Source: Sedimentisphaerales bacterium
GTDB lineage: Bacteria > Planctomycetota > Phycisphaerae > Sedimentisphaerales > Anaerobacaceae
Assembly: GCA_963708075.1 (NCBI GenBank)
Contig: OY970194.1
Span: forward strand, 3,520,001 to 3,584,000
Direction of reading: 5' to 3'
Length of the DNA stretch: 64,000 nucleotides
In this document: piece after piece, positions 49,422 to 59,152 of the stretch
Position numbering within the stretch: position 1 is the first letter of the stretch
Layout of the letters: each line of letters starts with the position of its first letter
Translations under genes and position numbers: made by a program
Notes under the pieces: generated by a model
Database searches by the model: none
Seen by the model: only the letters and a program-made list of their open reading frames with translations
Told to the model about the DNA's origin: nothing

Positions 49422-52400
49422 TCAGTCGGCGTCAAGCACCTTCGGCGGACTGACCGGCTTGGGTTTTATGCCCGGCCAGCTCTGATAGTTCTGGAACTCC
49501 AGCTCATGCCGCTCAAACGCCGTCCGGTTGACTTCCGAGATCTTCTGGAGGTCCTCCATGCCATCGTCATGCGTTCCTGCCGGCCGGATGATCTCCGCCT
49601 TTACGAACACATACAGCTTCCTCTCGTCATTCAAGTCCTTGATACTTCTGAACAAACCACCAATGAGCGGGATATCCCCCAATATCGGCACTTTCCCTCC
49701 GTTCTTGTTCTGATTCAACCTTAACATCCCGCCCAGGATGATCGTGCTCCCATCAGGCACGGTCACGGCGGTCTTGACCTCGCTTGTCATGGTCTTCGGC
49801 GGCTTCGCGCTGCCCTCGTCTGCGGGATCGAAATCAGACCGCTTCAATTCAACAACCAGACGAAGGAGTTCGCCCTCGCTGATGTGGGGCGTGATATTCA
49901 TTTCAATAGCCGCCTCGTAGGGTTCGAAATCGAACGCGCTTGTGACGAAATCCTGTCCGGTGGTCGGTGCTGTAGGGCTTTGGAGCTGCGTTTTCTTCTC
50001 GACGTACCTGGTTTCGCCGGTCTTGATCGTACCTGGCTCATTGTCATTGACCAACAACTTGGGTTTGGCCAGGACTCGCCCGTAGCCCTTTGACTGCACA
50101 GCGGTCAACAGCGCACTGATATGCTTGTCCGCATAGTACCCTCTGAACTGCTGTTTGTTGTTGGCCAATTTTTCAGATGAGAAATCGGCGAAATGTTCGC
50201 TGGGGTCTGCCTGGAGCGTGCTAAGGACATTCCCAGGCACCGCGGCAACCTGGCCTGAGGGGCTAAGCAGGTTCGGAATGCCCTCAATCAGCTTCAAGTC
50301 GTAATCGAAGGAGTCATTCTTGGTGACTTCCACGAGGGTCACATCGATCAGGACCTGCGGCCGTCGCTTGTCCAACTGCTTGATCAGGCTGGAGATCCAC
50401 TCCTGGTTCTTCTTGCTCGCATACACGACCAGCGAATACGTATTCGGGTCGGGGACGATCTTGACCCTCTCGTCCCTGCCGACGACGGTCTTCTCGATCT
50501 TGCCTTCCTTGTTCTGCTGTTCGATCGTCTCCTGGATCAGGCTTTCAAAGACCTCGGCCAGATGGCCCGGCGTGGAGTTTTCGAGCGGGTAGATCTTGTA
50601 CGGCATCTCGTCCACGTCCATTTCGCTGTCGACGTACTCGATGATGCTGGCAATGGTCGCGTGCTGCTCGGCCGTCGCGTTCACCAGCAGCGAGTTGGTG
50701 GACTCGACGACAACAACCTGCGGCTCGCCGACGATGCCGCCCTCCGTGACCTCGGCGATCATCGGGACCTCCGGGGTCGGCGTCGCCGGCCGAGGCTGGG
50801 TCGCCGTCGGGGTCGGTATCCGCGACGAACCGGTGATTCGCCCGGGCGCGGTCGATTCGGGCACCTTGCTGATGATCCCCAGCTCCTGGAGCTTGCGGGC
50901 CACTTCATCGGCATCCACGTGGAGGATTCGGTACAACTCCAGGCTGCGCAGATCCTGCTGTTCGACATCCAGCGTATCCACCAGTTTCTCGACGATGTTC
51001 AATTGCTCCTCGACACCGATCATGAGAATCCGGTTGGTTCGCTCGTCGGCATCGAGGTAGACGCCGGGTTTGGGCTCGGTGGGCATGCCGGGCTGACGAG
51101 AGCGAACTGCCGCTTGGGCTTCTGCCGTCTTGATCCGCACCAATCTGGCGCGCCACGCCGCCTCCGACTCGCCCGGAAGCCTCGCCGCCGCCGCAGAAGC
51201 GGTGGAGCCGGTCACATCCCCGCCAACGGTCACGGTAACGCTCTGCAACTGCTCCGCCAGAGCCTTGACCTTCTCCGCCAGTGACTGGGCCATCGTGTAT
51301 CGCAACTGCCGGAACTTGAACTGCCTCGGAGCGCCGGGCTTGTCCACCATGTCCAGAAGATGCTCGATGCGGGCCATGCGGTGAGAGTAAGCGGTGATGA
51401 TCACCGTCCCGCTTTCCGCCATGGAGCTCACGCCTACGGACAGGCCCATCTGCTGCAGCAGGTTCTCCACACTCGCCGTATCGATGTGTTTCAGAGAAAA
51501 GACACGAGTGACGACGGTGTCACCGGCCTCGACGACCCGCGATTCGGGGGTCACGATCTCCGGATCAATGGTCATGACATCCGTCTTCGGGACGATCTGT
51601 ACGACGTTGCCGTTGTGCCGGGTCATGACCAGGTCCTTGAACTGGAGCACCGACTCCAACAGGAGGTACAAGTCCTTGACTTTCATCGATCCCTGGAGGT
51701 TTCCGTTGAGTTTCAGGGTTACCTCGCCCGTGACCTTCGCGGGATCGTAGACATAGCTGAGATTCAGATACTTGCCCACCAAGTCCAATAGTTGAATGAC
51801 GGGCAGTCGCTCGGGCAGAGTCAGTTTGATTTCCTGATCGCCGTTGGGGAACGCGGCCGGCTCATAGCTGGACGCATCCACGGCGGCCCGTACAGGTGTC
51901 GGCGACTCAGCTTTGAGAGTCTTGCTTTCAGCTTCCTTTTCGGGCGTGGGGATTGGCTGCAGCTCAGGCGGCACAACCTGTCCCGGCTGAAGAGTCACCG
52001 GCTCGCTCGCCAGGGGCTTCGGAGCCGTCTGGAGCTCAGGCGCAACACCCTGGGGAGGCGCGCCGGCCGTCGCCAGCCCGGCAAGCTCGTTCGAATCAAC
52101 CGTTTCACCTTCAGCCTGGCCGAGAGACGAGGCACTGCTTACCGGCGCCGGCTCGGGAGCCGCGGCGGGCACAGGTTGGATGACCGCTTGTGAGGCAAGG
52201 GCTTGCTGGGTCGGCGTCTTGTCCGCCTGTGCAACCGTCTTTACGGCAGATGGCGGCGCCATGTCCGTCACCTGCGGCGTGGGGGCTGCCACGCCGGCTT
52301 GCGCGTGGCGTGTTCCTTCCTTTCGCTGCTTCAGGACCTCCGGCCCCAACTCTACGGCCAGCTTAATGTCCTGAAGTTGAAAGACCGGAGCCACGGCCAC

Positions 52401-52868
52401 AACGGCGCCGTCATGCACGTCAATGAGCACCTTGACTTTCTCTATGCCGACAGGAGGACGCGCGAATGTCCCAACGGTGATACCGCCCACCGCGTCGGAA
52501 ATCCGGTCACTGGTCGGCAGCGTACTCGCAGAGTTCGCCTGTCCAAGCCGCGCAACGTCATACTGCTGGGGCGCATCGACGAGGGCCAGGATCACGAGGG
52601 CCTTGCGAAGCGTACCGGCCTCGCCGGTGATCAGCAGGGAGTTCGTGCCCGGCATGCGGTTGGCCGTCCCCATTTTGAGCTTGGTCAGCAGTTCCCTGGC
52701 CCGCTCCGGCGTAATGTGCGACAGGGTGACCATCTTGTGGTCCAACGCGCCTGAGGGGACGCTCCAATCGAGGGCGAGGAGAGGTCCGCTGATGCAAAAG
52801 AGAATGGCAAGCAGAATTACAGCAAGCGCTCTGCGGCGCTTTTCTTGAGACAAATGCCGTTCCGTCAT
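49422..52868 (-). CDS. gspD: T2SS secretin with long N-terminal extension
   Basis: Repeated N-domains (ADERTNRIL, VESTNSLLV, PDPNTYSLVV); LDKRRPQVLIDV; ITPHI; KVPILGDIPLIGGLFR. Confidence 0.92.
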   Translation of the reverse strand: MTERHLSQEKRRRALAVILLAILFCISGPLLALDWSVPSGALDHKMVTLSHITPERARELLTKLKMGTANRMPGTNSLLITGEAGTLRKALVILALVDAPQQYDVARLGQANSASTLPTSDRISDAVGGITVGTFARPPVGIEKVKVLIDVHDGAVVAVAPVFQLQDIKLAVELGPEVLKQRKEGTRHAQAGVAAPTPQVTDMAPPSAVKTVAQADKTPTQQALASQAVIQPVPAAAPEPAPVSSASSLGQAEGETVDSNELAGLATAGAPPQGVAPELQTAPKPLASEPVTLQPGQVVPPELQPIPTPEKEAESKTLKAESPTPVRAAVDASSYEPAAFPNGDQEIKLTLPERLPVIQLLDLVGKYLNLSYVYDPAKVTGEVTLKLNGNLQGSMKVKDLYLLLESVLQFKDLVMTRHNGNVVQIVPKTDVMTIDPEIVTPESRVVEAGDTVVTRVFSLKHIDTASVENLLQQMGLSVGVSSMAESGTVIITAYSHRMARIEHLLDMVDKPGAPRQFKFRQLRYTMAQSLAEKVKALAEQLQSVTVTVGGDVTGSTASAAAARLPGESEAAWRARLVRIKTAEAQAAVRSRQPGMPTEPKPGVYLDADERTNRILMIGVEEQLNIVEKLVDTLDVEQQDLRSLELYRILHVDADEVARKLQELGIISKVPESTAPGRITGSSRIPTPTATQPRPATPTPEVPMIAEVTEGGIVGEPQVVVVESTNSLLVNATAEQHATIASIIEYVDSEMDVDEMPYKIYPLENSTPGHLAEVFESLIQETIEQQNKEGKIEKTVVGRDERVKIVPDPNTYSLVVYASKKNQEWISSLIKQLDKRRPQVLIDVTLVEVTKNDSFDYDLKLIEGIPNLLSPSGQVAAVPGNVLSTLQADPSEHFADFSSEKLANNKQQFRGYYADKHISALLTAVQSKGYGRVLAKPKLLVNDNEPGTIKTGETRYVEKKTQLQSPTAPTTGQDFVTSAFDFEPYEAAIEMNITPHISEGELLRLVVELKRSDFDPADEGSAKPPKTMTSEVKTAVTVPDGSTIILGGMLRLNQNKNGGKVPILGDIPLIGGLFRSIKDLNDERKLYVFVKAEIIRPAGTHDDGMEDLQKISEVNRTAFERHELEFQNYQSWPGIKPKPVSPPKVLDAD

Positions 52869-53061
52869 TGCTACCTCGTTCTAAATCACCCTGCTCTTAC
52901 TTCTAAAATGCGAAATCTCACACACGTCGAACTCAGTCGCGGCCCATAGCCGCGCTTGAGTACCACCCCTTTTGCAGGCCGATGGCTGACCCGTACATTG
53001 ATACACCCATACCCTCGCCGGAGTCGCGAGGGGAACCAGCCACACAATAGCATCTACCTAA

Positions 53062-53089
53062 TCAGACAGCGTGCGGCGGGGAAAGTTCC
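53062..53089 (-). promoter_or_regulatory. ECF (sigmaE-type) promoter upstream of gspD
   Basis: Minus strand GGAACTT-TCCCCGCCGCACGCTG-TCTGA, which equals GAACTT-N16-TCTGA. Confidence 0.65.
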
Positions 53090-53302
53090 CGATCGGCCCA
53101 CAAAAAACACAGTTTTCAGTGTTGATCACTTTGCCACGGGTGGCGCCAAACCCGGGGCATCGTTATGAGGCGTGAGTCGCGTTGTGACGTGAGGCCGCCG
53201 AAGGTTCGATAATGTGTCTGCCGAGATGTGACAAGATCGCGAGTCTCAATCGATGATGAGGATTGTAGAGGTGACGACGAGGCGAAAATCCGGAGCAGCG
53301 AA

Positions 53303-54214
53303 TCACTGTTTCGGGGGACGAGGCTGGCTCATCTTCCGCAGGATTTCACGGCGCTTCTCAATCTGGCTGTCCTTTGTCCCATTCAGTTTCTCGCCCAGCT
53401 TCTCCAGATTCTGAGCCTCTTCCGCACCGACAATCGATGACTTGTACTCAGTAATCAGCTTGCCTGCCGCCGCGGCTTTCTCCGCGGAGACCGTGTTGGA
53501 ATCGACTTGACTGGACTTGTTCTCTTTCTGAAGCTCCTGCTTGAGCCTTTGCACCAACTCGTCCAGACTTGCCGCGTCCGGTCCGGTAAGATGGGCCGAC
53601 AGCGGCGAAGCCCCCTCGGTAATCCGATCCGACGCAGAGGATCCGACGCCCGTTTCCAGAATGCTCGCCGTATCGATCGTCGATTCCACCGACATCTCAT
53701 TCATGCGCTGCCCATCGGAGCAGATGATTGAGCTGCCCTTCACCTGCTTGACAATCAAGTGACCGACTTCGCTGCCCGGGCAAACCCACTGGTACGTATT
53801 ATCGGGCAGACGAATGTAGGCAAAGCAGCTTGCGGGATCGGATGGCGAGTAACTGATCCCGATGAGGTCGAACTTAGCGGTTGACACCGGGGGCTTGACA
53901 GAAGGCGTTGGGATTCGCGTGTTCGAGGGCACCGGAGCCTGAGCCGCCTGTGTAATGCGTGGATTGAGGATCTCTTCCAGCATCTGCGCCTGCTTTACCA
54001 GGGGCGGGGTCTTGTCCTGACTGTTCGCGACATCGTTATGGTCCTGGCGGCTGTTGAATCTCGTGACGGCGCTGGGCGCTTCCAGGAATTGCCTGGCGTC
54101 ACGATCCTGCGTGATGCCCAGGCGGAGCGGGCGCACAGGCCACTTGATGGATGCCAGCACCAGGCCCGTGCCGATCAACGCTACCAAACCAATTAAGCGC
54201 ACCATTCTTACCAT
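53303..54214 (-). CDS. GspC/PilP-like membrane-anchored protein
   Basis: N-terminal TM helix; FDLIGISY...AYI...WVCPGSEVGHLIVKQVKGSSII resembles the GspC HR domain; upstream of gspD. Confidence 0.6.
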   Translation of the reverse strand: MVRMVRLIGLVALIGTGLVLASIKWPVRPLRLGITQDRDARQFLEAPSAVTRFNSRQDHNDVANSQDKTPPLVKQAQMLEEILNPRITQAAQAPVPSNTRIPTPSVKPPVSTAKFDLIGISYSPSDPASCFAYIRLPDNTYQWVCPGSEVGHLIVKQVKGSSIICSDGQRMNEMSVESTIDTASILETGVGSSASDRITEGASPLSAHLTGPDAASLDELVQRLKQELQKENKSSQVDSNTVSAEKAAAAGKLITEYKSSIVGAEEAQNLEKLGEKLNGTKDSQIEKRREILRKMSQPRPPKQ

Positions 54215-54258
54215 AGGCTATCTTACCTTCTACTACAGTGTTTGACATGATCCGCCGC

Positions 54259-55632
54259 CTACGGTTCCCGCCAATGCACGATTTTTTTCATAAACTCCTC
54301 CTCGTGGCCGGCATATTCGCCGCTGTGCTCGGGCGTATGACAATTCAGGCAGTTCTTCCTGGGTTCTGAGGTTGGGACCTGCCCGGCCGTCTGCGAGTGC
54401 GCGGAGCCGGGACCGTGACAGACCTCGCAGCCCACGTCCTTCAAATGCGGCGTCTGTTCCTCCGTGATAAAGCCCTCTGAGTACTCCATGCCCACGACAT
54501 GGCAAACCACGCACTCCGGATCGCGGTCCGAGCCGACCTTCTGGAGCGTGGCAAAGGCGCCGGCGTGAGGTTTCGCGCTCCACTTCCCGTGCTCGTACTC
54601 ATGGCATCGCGCACAAGTCTTGGAGCCGACAAAGGTTACATCTTGTTCCGGCAGCGGAATACGCGGGTACCTCTCGAGCAGATTGCCATCTTTGACAAGC
54701 TGCTGATAAGACTGATAAAGGCGAACGAGGGCTTCATCCTTGGGCAGTTCCTCAGCGACAGGGACATCGGCAAACCGCAGGGCCAACGGTCCGTTTGGGG
54801 CCGGGACAGTCACGCCGACGCGGGATACATGGCGTCCGAATCGACCCACCGTAAAGGCCAGCGGCCTGGCGCCCGGCTTGCTCAGCAGCCGCGGCTCGTC
54901 GGAATCCGAGGGGCAGATCACGCAATCGATGGCTGGTGGCACCATGCTCAAGATATCCCGAGCGACACGGCTGTCGCACCCGTCCAGGATCAGGATGTTG
55001 ACTCGCTGAGCGGGGTCACCGTCCGGAAAAAGTCTCGCTGCCTGGTTTATGGGGCCCGCTTGGGCATCAAAAGCCGCGATATTGACGGCAACCGCGCGGC
55101 CCCCGATCCTGAACTGCCTGGCGAAAGACGAGGACACACCCGCATCCTGCCCGCCCGCTGCAACGATCTGAAATGGCTTGTCACCCTCATCCAGGACACC
55201 CAGATTCGCAGCGATTTTCCCGTCCTGCGGGGTCAGGTGGACCAGATCGTAGCCGAGGAGCCGAAATCCCTCGAACAGGATGCGAAACTTGATGAGGTCC
55301 TGCTCACCATCGCTCTGGACCATGCCGCCGGTGTCAACAATCAGCCGGTTGGCTTGAGGGGCGGTGGCGAAGATACTCGTCCGCCTCTCCAGGCCACCCA
55401 ACTGTCCCCCGGAGCAACCGCAGGGCTTGAGGGCGCCAAGAGCACTTCCCGTGAAGAAGAGGACGATATCATCGCGGCTCCGGGCAACTGTCCCTGCCGG
55501 CGTTTGCACCTGCTGCGGCGGACAAGACAGACCCGCAGCCAATATGCAAATGCTTGCGGCTGCAAGTGTTACGCGCGTGCATCCGGATGCCGGTCTATGC
55601 CCAAGCCTCACTGCCCTGTTCCTCATAGACAC
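54259..55632 (-). CDS. Exported UshA-like (metallophosphoesterase-fold) protein fused to a tetraheme cytochrome c (c554-like)
   Basis: GALKPCGCSGGQLGGLERR...LIVDTGG; four CxxCH motifs (CARCH, CVVCH, CEVCH, CLNCH) plus distal His residues. Confidence 0.82.
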   Translation of the reverse strand: MSMRNRAVRLGHRPASGCTRVTLAAASICILAAGLSCPPQQVQTPAGTVARSRDDIVLFFTGSALGALKPCGCSGGQLGGLERRTSIFATAPQANRLIVDTGGMVQSDGEQDLIKFRILFEGFRLLGYDLVHLTPQDGKIAANLGVLDEGDKPFQIVAAGGQDAGVSSSFARQFRIGGRAVAVNIAAFDAQAGPINQAARLFPDGDPAQRVNILILDGCDSRVARDILSMVPPAIDCVICPSDSDEPRLLSKPGARPLAFTVGRFGRHVSRVGVTVPAPNGPLALRFADVPVAEELPKDEALVRLYQSYQQLVKDGNLLERYPRIPLPEQDVTFVGSKTCARCHEYEHGKWSAKPHAGAFATLQKVGSDRDPECVVCHVVGMEYSEGFITEEQTPHLKDVGCEVCHGPGSAHSQTAGQVPTSEPRKNCLNCHTPEHSGEYAGHEEEFMKKIVHWREP

Positions 55633-55638
55633 GGCGGA

Positions 55639-56893
55639 CTACTTGGCCGCGTAGAAGCCGCGGCACTGAACCGTCAACGTCTCGCCGCCCTTGAGCTTGA
55701 TTTCCAGGACATCGGACAGGATGGAACGCTGGTCGGCCATGACCGGCGGCATGATCTCAATTTTCACCTGATACCGCGTCCCGGTCTTCCCACTGTCGCC
55801 GGCCGTCCCTTCCGCTTTCGCCGCCCCCGGCACTTTCCGGGTCTCGGCAGCCTTCATCGTGCCTCGCTGGGACGAGAACCGATTCGATCTCGAAATCCTC
55901 GTCGTAGTTGCTCAGAACCCAGAGGTCCCGCGGGATGGGCTCATTCGCCTTGACGTTGAACAGCGTCAACTGCGACGGCGTGACCGAGAATTCCGCAATA
56001 ACATCGTACGGGATATCCACCTGACTGCATTCCGGATGAGTCAGGCTGACTCTGACACTGCCCTTCGGATTGCGGGTGAGCTTCGCTGCATCGGCTTTCG
56101 GCTGCAGGACGAACTCGGTGGCCTTCACGTTCGGGTCGAAGTCGGCAGTGAGTGTGCCGGCGGTGGCACGGAAGCCCGAGATCGAGAATGGCTTGCCATC
56201 GGTGCTCTTGAGCGTGATCTGGCCGCAACCGGCGTTTGCCTTCTTGGGGAAAAGGTTCAGGTGGTTCGGATAGTGCTCGATCCGATAGACAACATTGGCC
56301 TTGATGGACAAATCTATAGCCTGCTGATCGGGATCGTTCGTCTGCATCGTGATCCTGCGAACGAGCGCGCCCGGATACGGTCCGGTTCGGTAATCCACCT
56401 CCAGCGCACCGCTCTCGCCAGGGGCAAATTCCTGTCCATCCCTGACACCCCGTAGCACCGACCCGCAGCAGCCCTTGACGTGGACAACTTTCAAGGGAGC
56501 ACTACCCGCGTTTTTGAACTCGAATTTCGTAGTGCGACTCGCTTCCGGCCCGACGTCGCCGAAGTCCTGCACGATCGTCTTGAACTCGATTTTCGGCGTG
56601 CCGGCGACGGGCTGTTGTTGCGCTGGCGCCTGACTCTCCGGAGGCGCGCTTGGCGCCGGCTGACTTTCACTCACTGCCGGCGCTTCCGCCGCGACTTTCT
56701 CAGATGCCGCAGGCTGCGCCTGGACCACGGGCGAGCTCGTGCTCAAGGGCGTCTGGGCCTCCTGCGACGCCTTCTGGCAGCCCGGCTGCAACAGCAGCAC
56801 AGCCGTACAGAATAGCAGTGCAATCACCGCGAATGAAAAAGACAACCCCTGAGGGTGAGCCACCATCCAATTTCCTACGCGAGTCTTGACCAT
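55639..56893 (-). CDS. DUF1573-like Ig-fold exported protein; +1 frameshift at ~55877
   Basis: DFGDV...FEFKNAGSAPLKV...GCCG...APGESGALEV...TNDP; continues as SSQRGTMKAAE... after removing one base. Confidence 0.8.
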
Positions 56894-57094
56894 GTTCTTC
56901 AACTCCCCAATCAAGTTCGTCGTAAACCGAAAGTATTTGCGAGGCACCATTGTATCGGCAGAAAACCAAGCAAGCAAGAAAATACACGTCATCCCGGACA
57001 AATTCATAGTATGCCCCTGTATTTTGTGGGGCATGATAGGAAGAACAATCGCTAGGGCGGGTCAACCCCTCTGCCTTGGTGGGGTTTTCCCAAT

Positions 57095-57124
57095 TTGACT
57101 CCAACGCCCTTCCTCTGGTATACT
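57095..57124 (+). promoter_or_regulatory. Putative sigma70 promoter for the GLUG-repeat gene
   Basis: TTGACT-18 nt-TATACT with extended TG. Confidence 0.55.
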
Positions 57125-59152
57125 GGCCACGGATAAACGGAGAGCCGGTGGCCCGCCACATCATACCTGCCGGCGCAGTGAGAACCGCCGAAACACTTGA
57201 CGGTCATCGGATACGATGGGCTTTGGCCCATATGGACTCTGGACAAGGGGGTGGAGGACAGAAGCATGACGGTGGAGCGGAATCGGTGCGTCCTGGGGAT
57301 AGTCCCTTTACTGGTCACAATATGCCTGGTGAGTCTCCCTGCGTACGCCAAATACAGATACAGCGGCGGGACGGGAGAGCCGAACGACCCGTACCAGATC
57401 GCCACGCCCGCTGATCTGATCGCCGTCGGTGAGACTTCCGAAGACTACGGCAAGCACTTCATCCTGACCGCCGACATCGACCTCGACCCGAACCTCCCCG
57501 GCCGCCAGGCGTTCAACCGGGCCGTGATCGCACCGGACATGAACGACGCAGCGATAGGCTTCCAGGGCCCTGCCTTCACGGGCACGCTCGATGGCCAGGG
57601 CCACGCTATCGCGGGTCTGGTTATCGACTCGAACGTCCCTTACGCCGGGCTATTCGGCGCGATCGGCAGTCGCGGATGTGTGTGCAATGTACACATAGTC
57701 GGTGGCTCAGTACGCGGCTATGCATTCTACTCCAAAACTAGCGACGGCGGCCTGCTTATGGATGGTGGCACGGGCAGTCTGGCAGGTGTCAATCAAGGTC
57801 TGATCAAAGCTTGCTGGAGCACAGGATTGGTCAACGGCAACGGTCGTGTCGGTGGCCTGGCAGGCTGGAACTTCTGTGGTACGATCATGGCCTGCTTGAG
57901 CACGAGCTCAGTCAGTGGTAATAGTGAGGTCGGGGGCTTGGTGGGGTCCAACAACTATGGCGTGATCTTGGCCTGCTACAATACTGGCCCAGTCAGTGGC
58001 AAGGACAATGTCGGCGGCTTGGTGGGGGATCATTTCTTTGGCACGGTCTTATCCTGCTACAGCACAGGCTCAGTCCGCGGAACCACGTATATCGGCGGTT
58101 TGGTGGGGTGCAACAGCAGCGCCGTGATCGCCGAGTGCTATAGCGTGGGCTCGGTCAGGGGAAACGACGACGTCGGGGGCTTGGTGGGGCGTGATTTCTT
58201 CGGTGCGACGTCGGCCTGCTTCTGGGATGTCGAGACCTCCGGCCAATCCAAAAGCCCAGGTGGTACGGGTCTGACGACCGCCCAGATGGCGGCTGTGCGG
58301 ACCTTTACGGATGTCGGCTGGGACTTCCTGGGCGAAAGGGCGAATGGCTTGAGTGAGTACTGGCAGATGCCAGCCGGGAGTGGGTATCCTGTGCTGAGCA
58401 TCTTCAATGACCACGTCCCTCATTCCTTTCAGGGAAGGGGGACCTCGGATGCCCCATACCTCATAGAGGCGGCTGAGGATCTGGGGGCGATGTGGTACCA
58501 CCCGATGGCCTCATATCGACTCGTGGCAGACGTGGACCTGTCCGGGACGAAGTGGGGCATGGGTGTCATACCTGCGTTTTGGGGGAGCCTGGACGGACAG
58601 GGACATCGGATTACGAGAATGACGATCGCAGGTGGTGGATACCTCGGACTGATCGGTCTGCTCTTTTCGGGTGCGGTGATCAAAGACCTTGGCCTTGAGG
58701 ATGTGAACAACGTTGGTACGAGCGATCAGGTTGGCGCGTTAGTTGGGTATGATCTCTGGGCTACGATCTCGGCCTGTCACACCACAGGATCGGTCCGCGG
58801 GAGGGATTGTGTTGGCGGACTGACCGGGACCTGCTACTTCGGCGTGATCTCAAATTGCCGCAGCGAGGCCTCCGTCTGCGGTACGCGTGAGTTCTCCGGC
58901 GGTTTGGTGGGGTTCAGCTACTACGGCACGATCTTGTCCTGCTATACCACGGGCCCGGTCAGCGGTAACGACTACGTCGGTGGCTTGGTGGGATACAACG
59001 GCAATGGTGCGCTCTCGGCATGTTACAGCACAGGCAAGATTGTCGGAACAGGCTCGTGCGTGGGTGGCCTGGCAGGGGACAACGGCTCGGGCACTATCTC
59101 GGCTTGTTGCAGCACGGGCCCGGTTGATGGCGTCCGCTTAGTCGGTGGTCTA

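Noticed and set aside
55411..55426. Selenocysteine in the cytochrome CxC motif
   Set aside because: Both codons are TGC; there is no in-frame TGA.
20422..55953. Other long plus-strand ORFs (20422-22059, 22424-23677, 40645-42075, 44477-46006, 54499-55953)
   Set aside because: Each overlaps a well-supported gene on the opposite strand.
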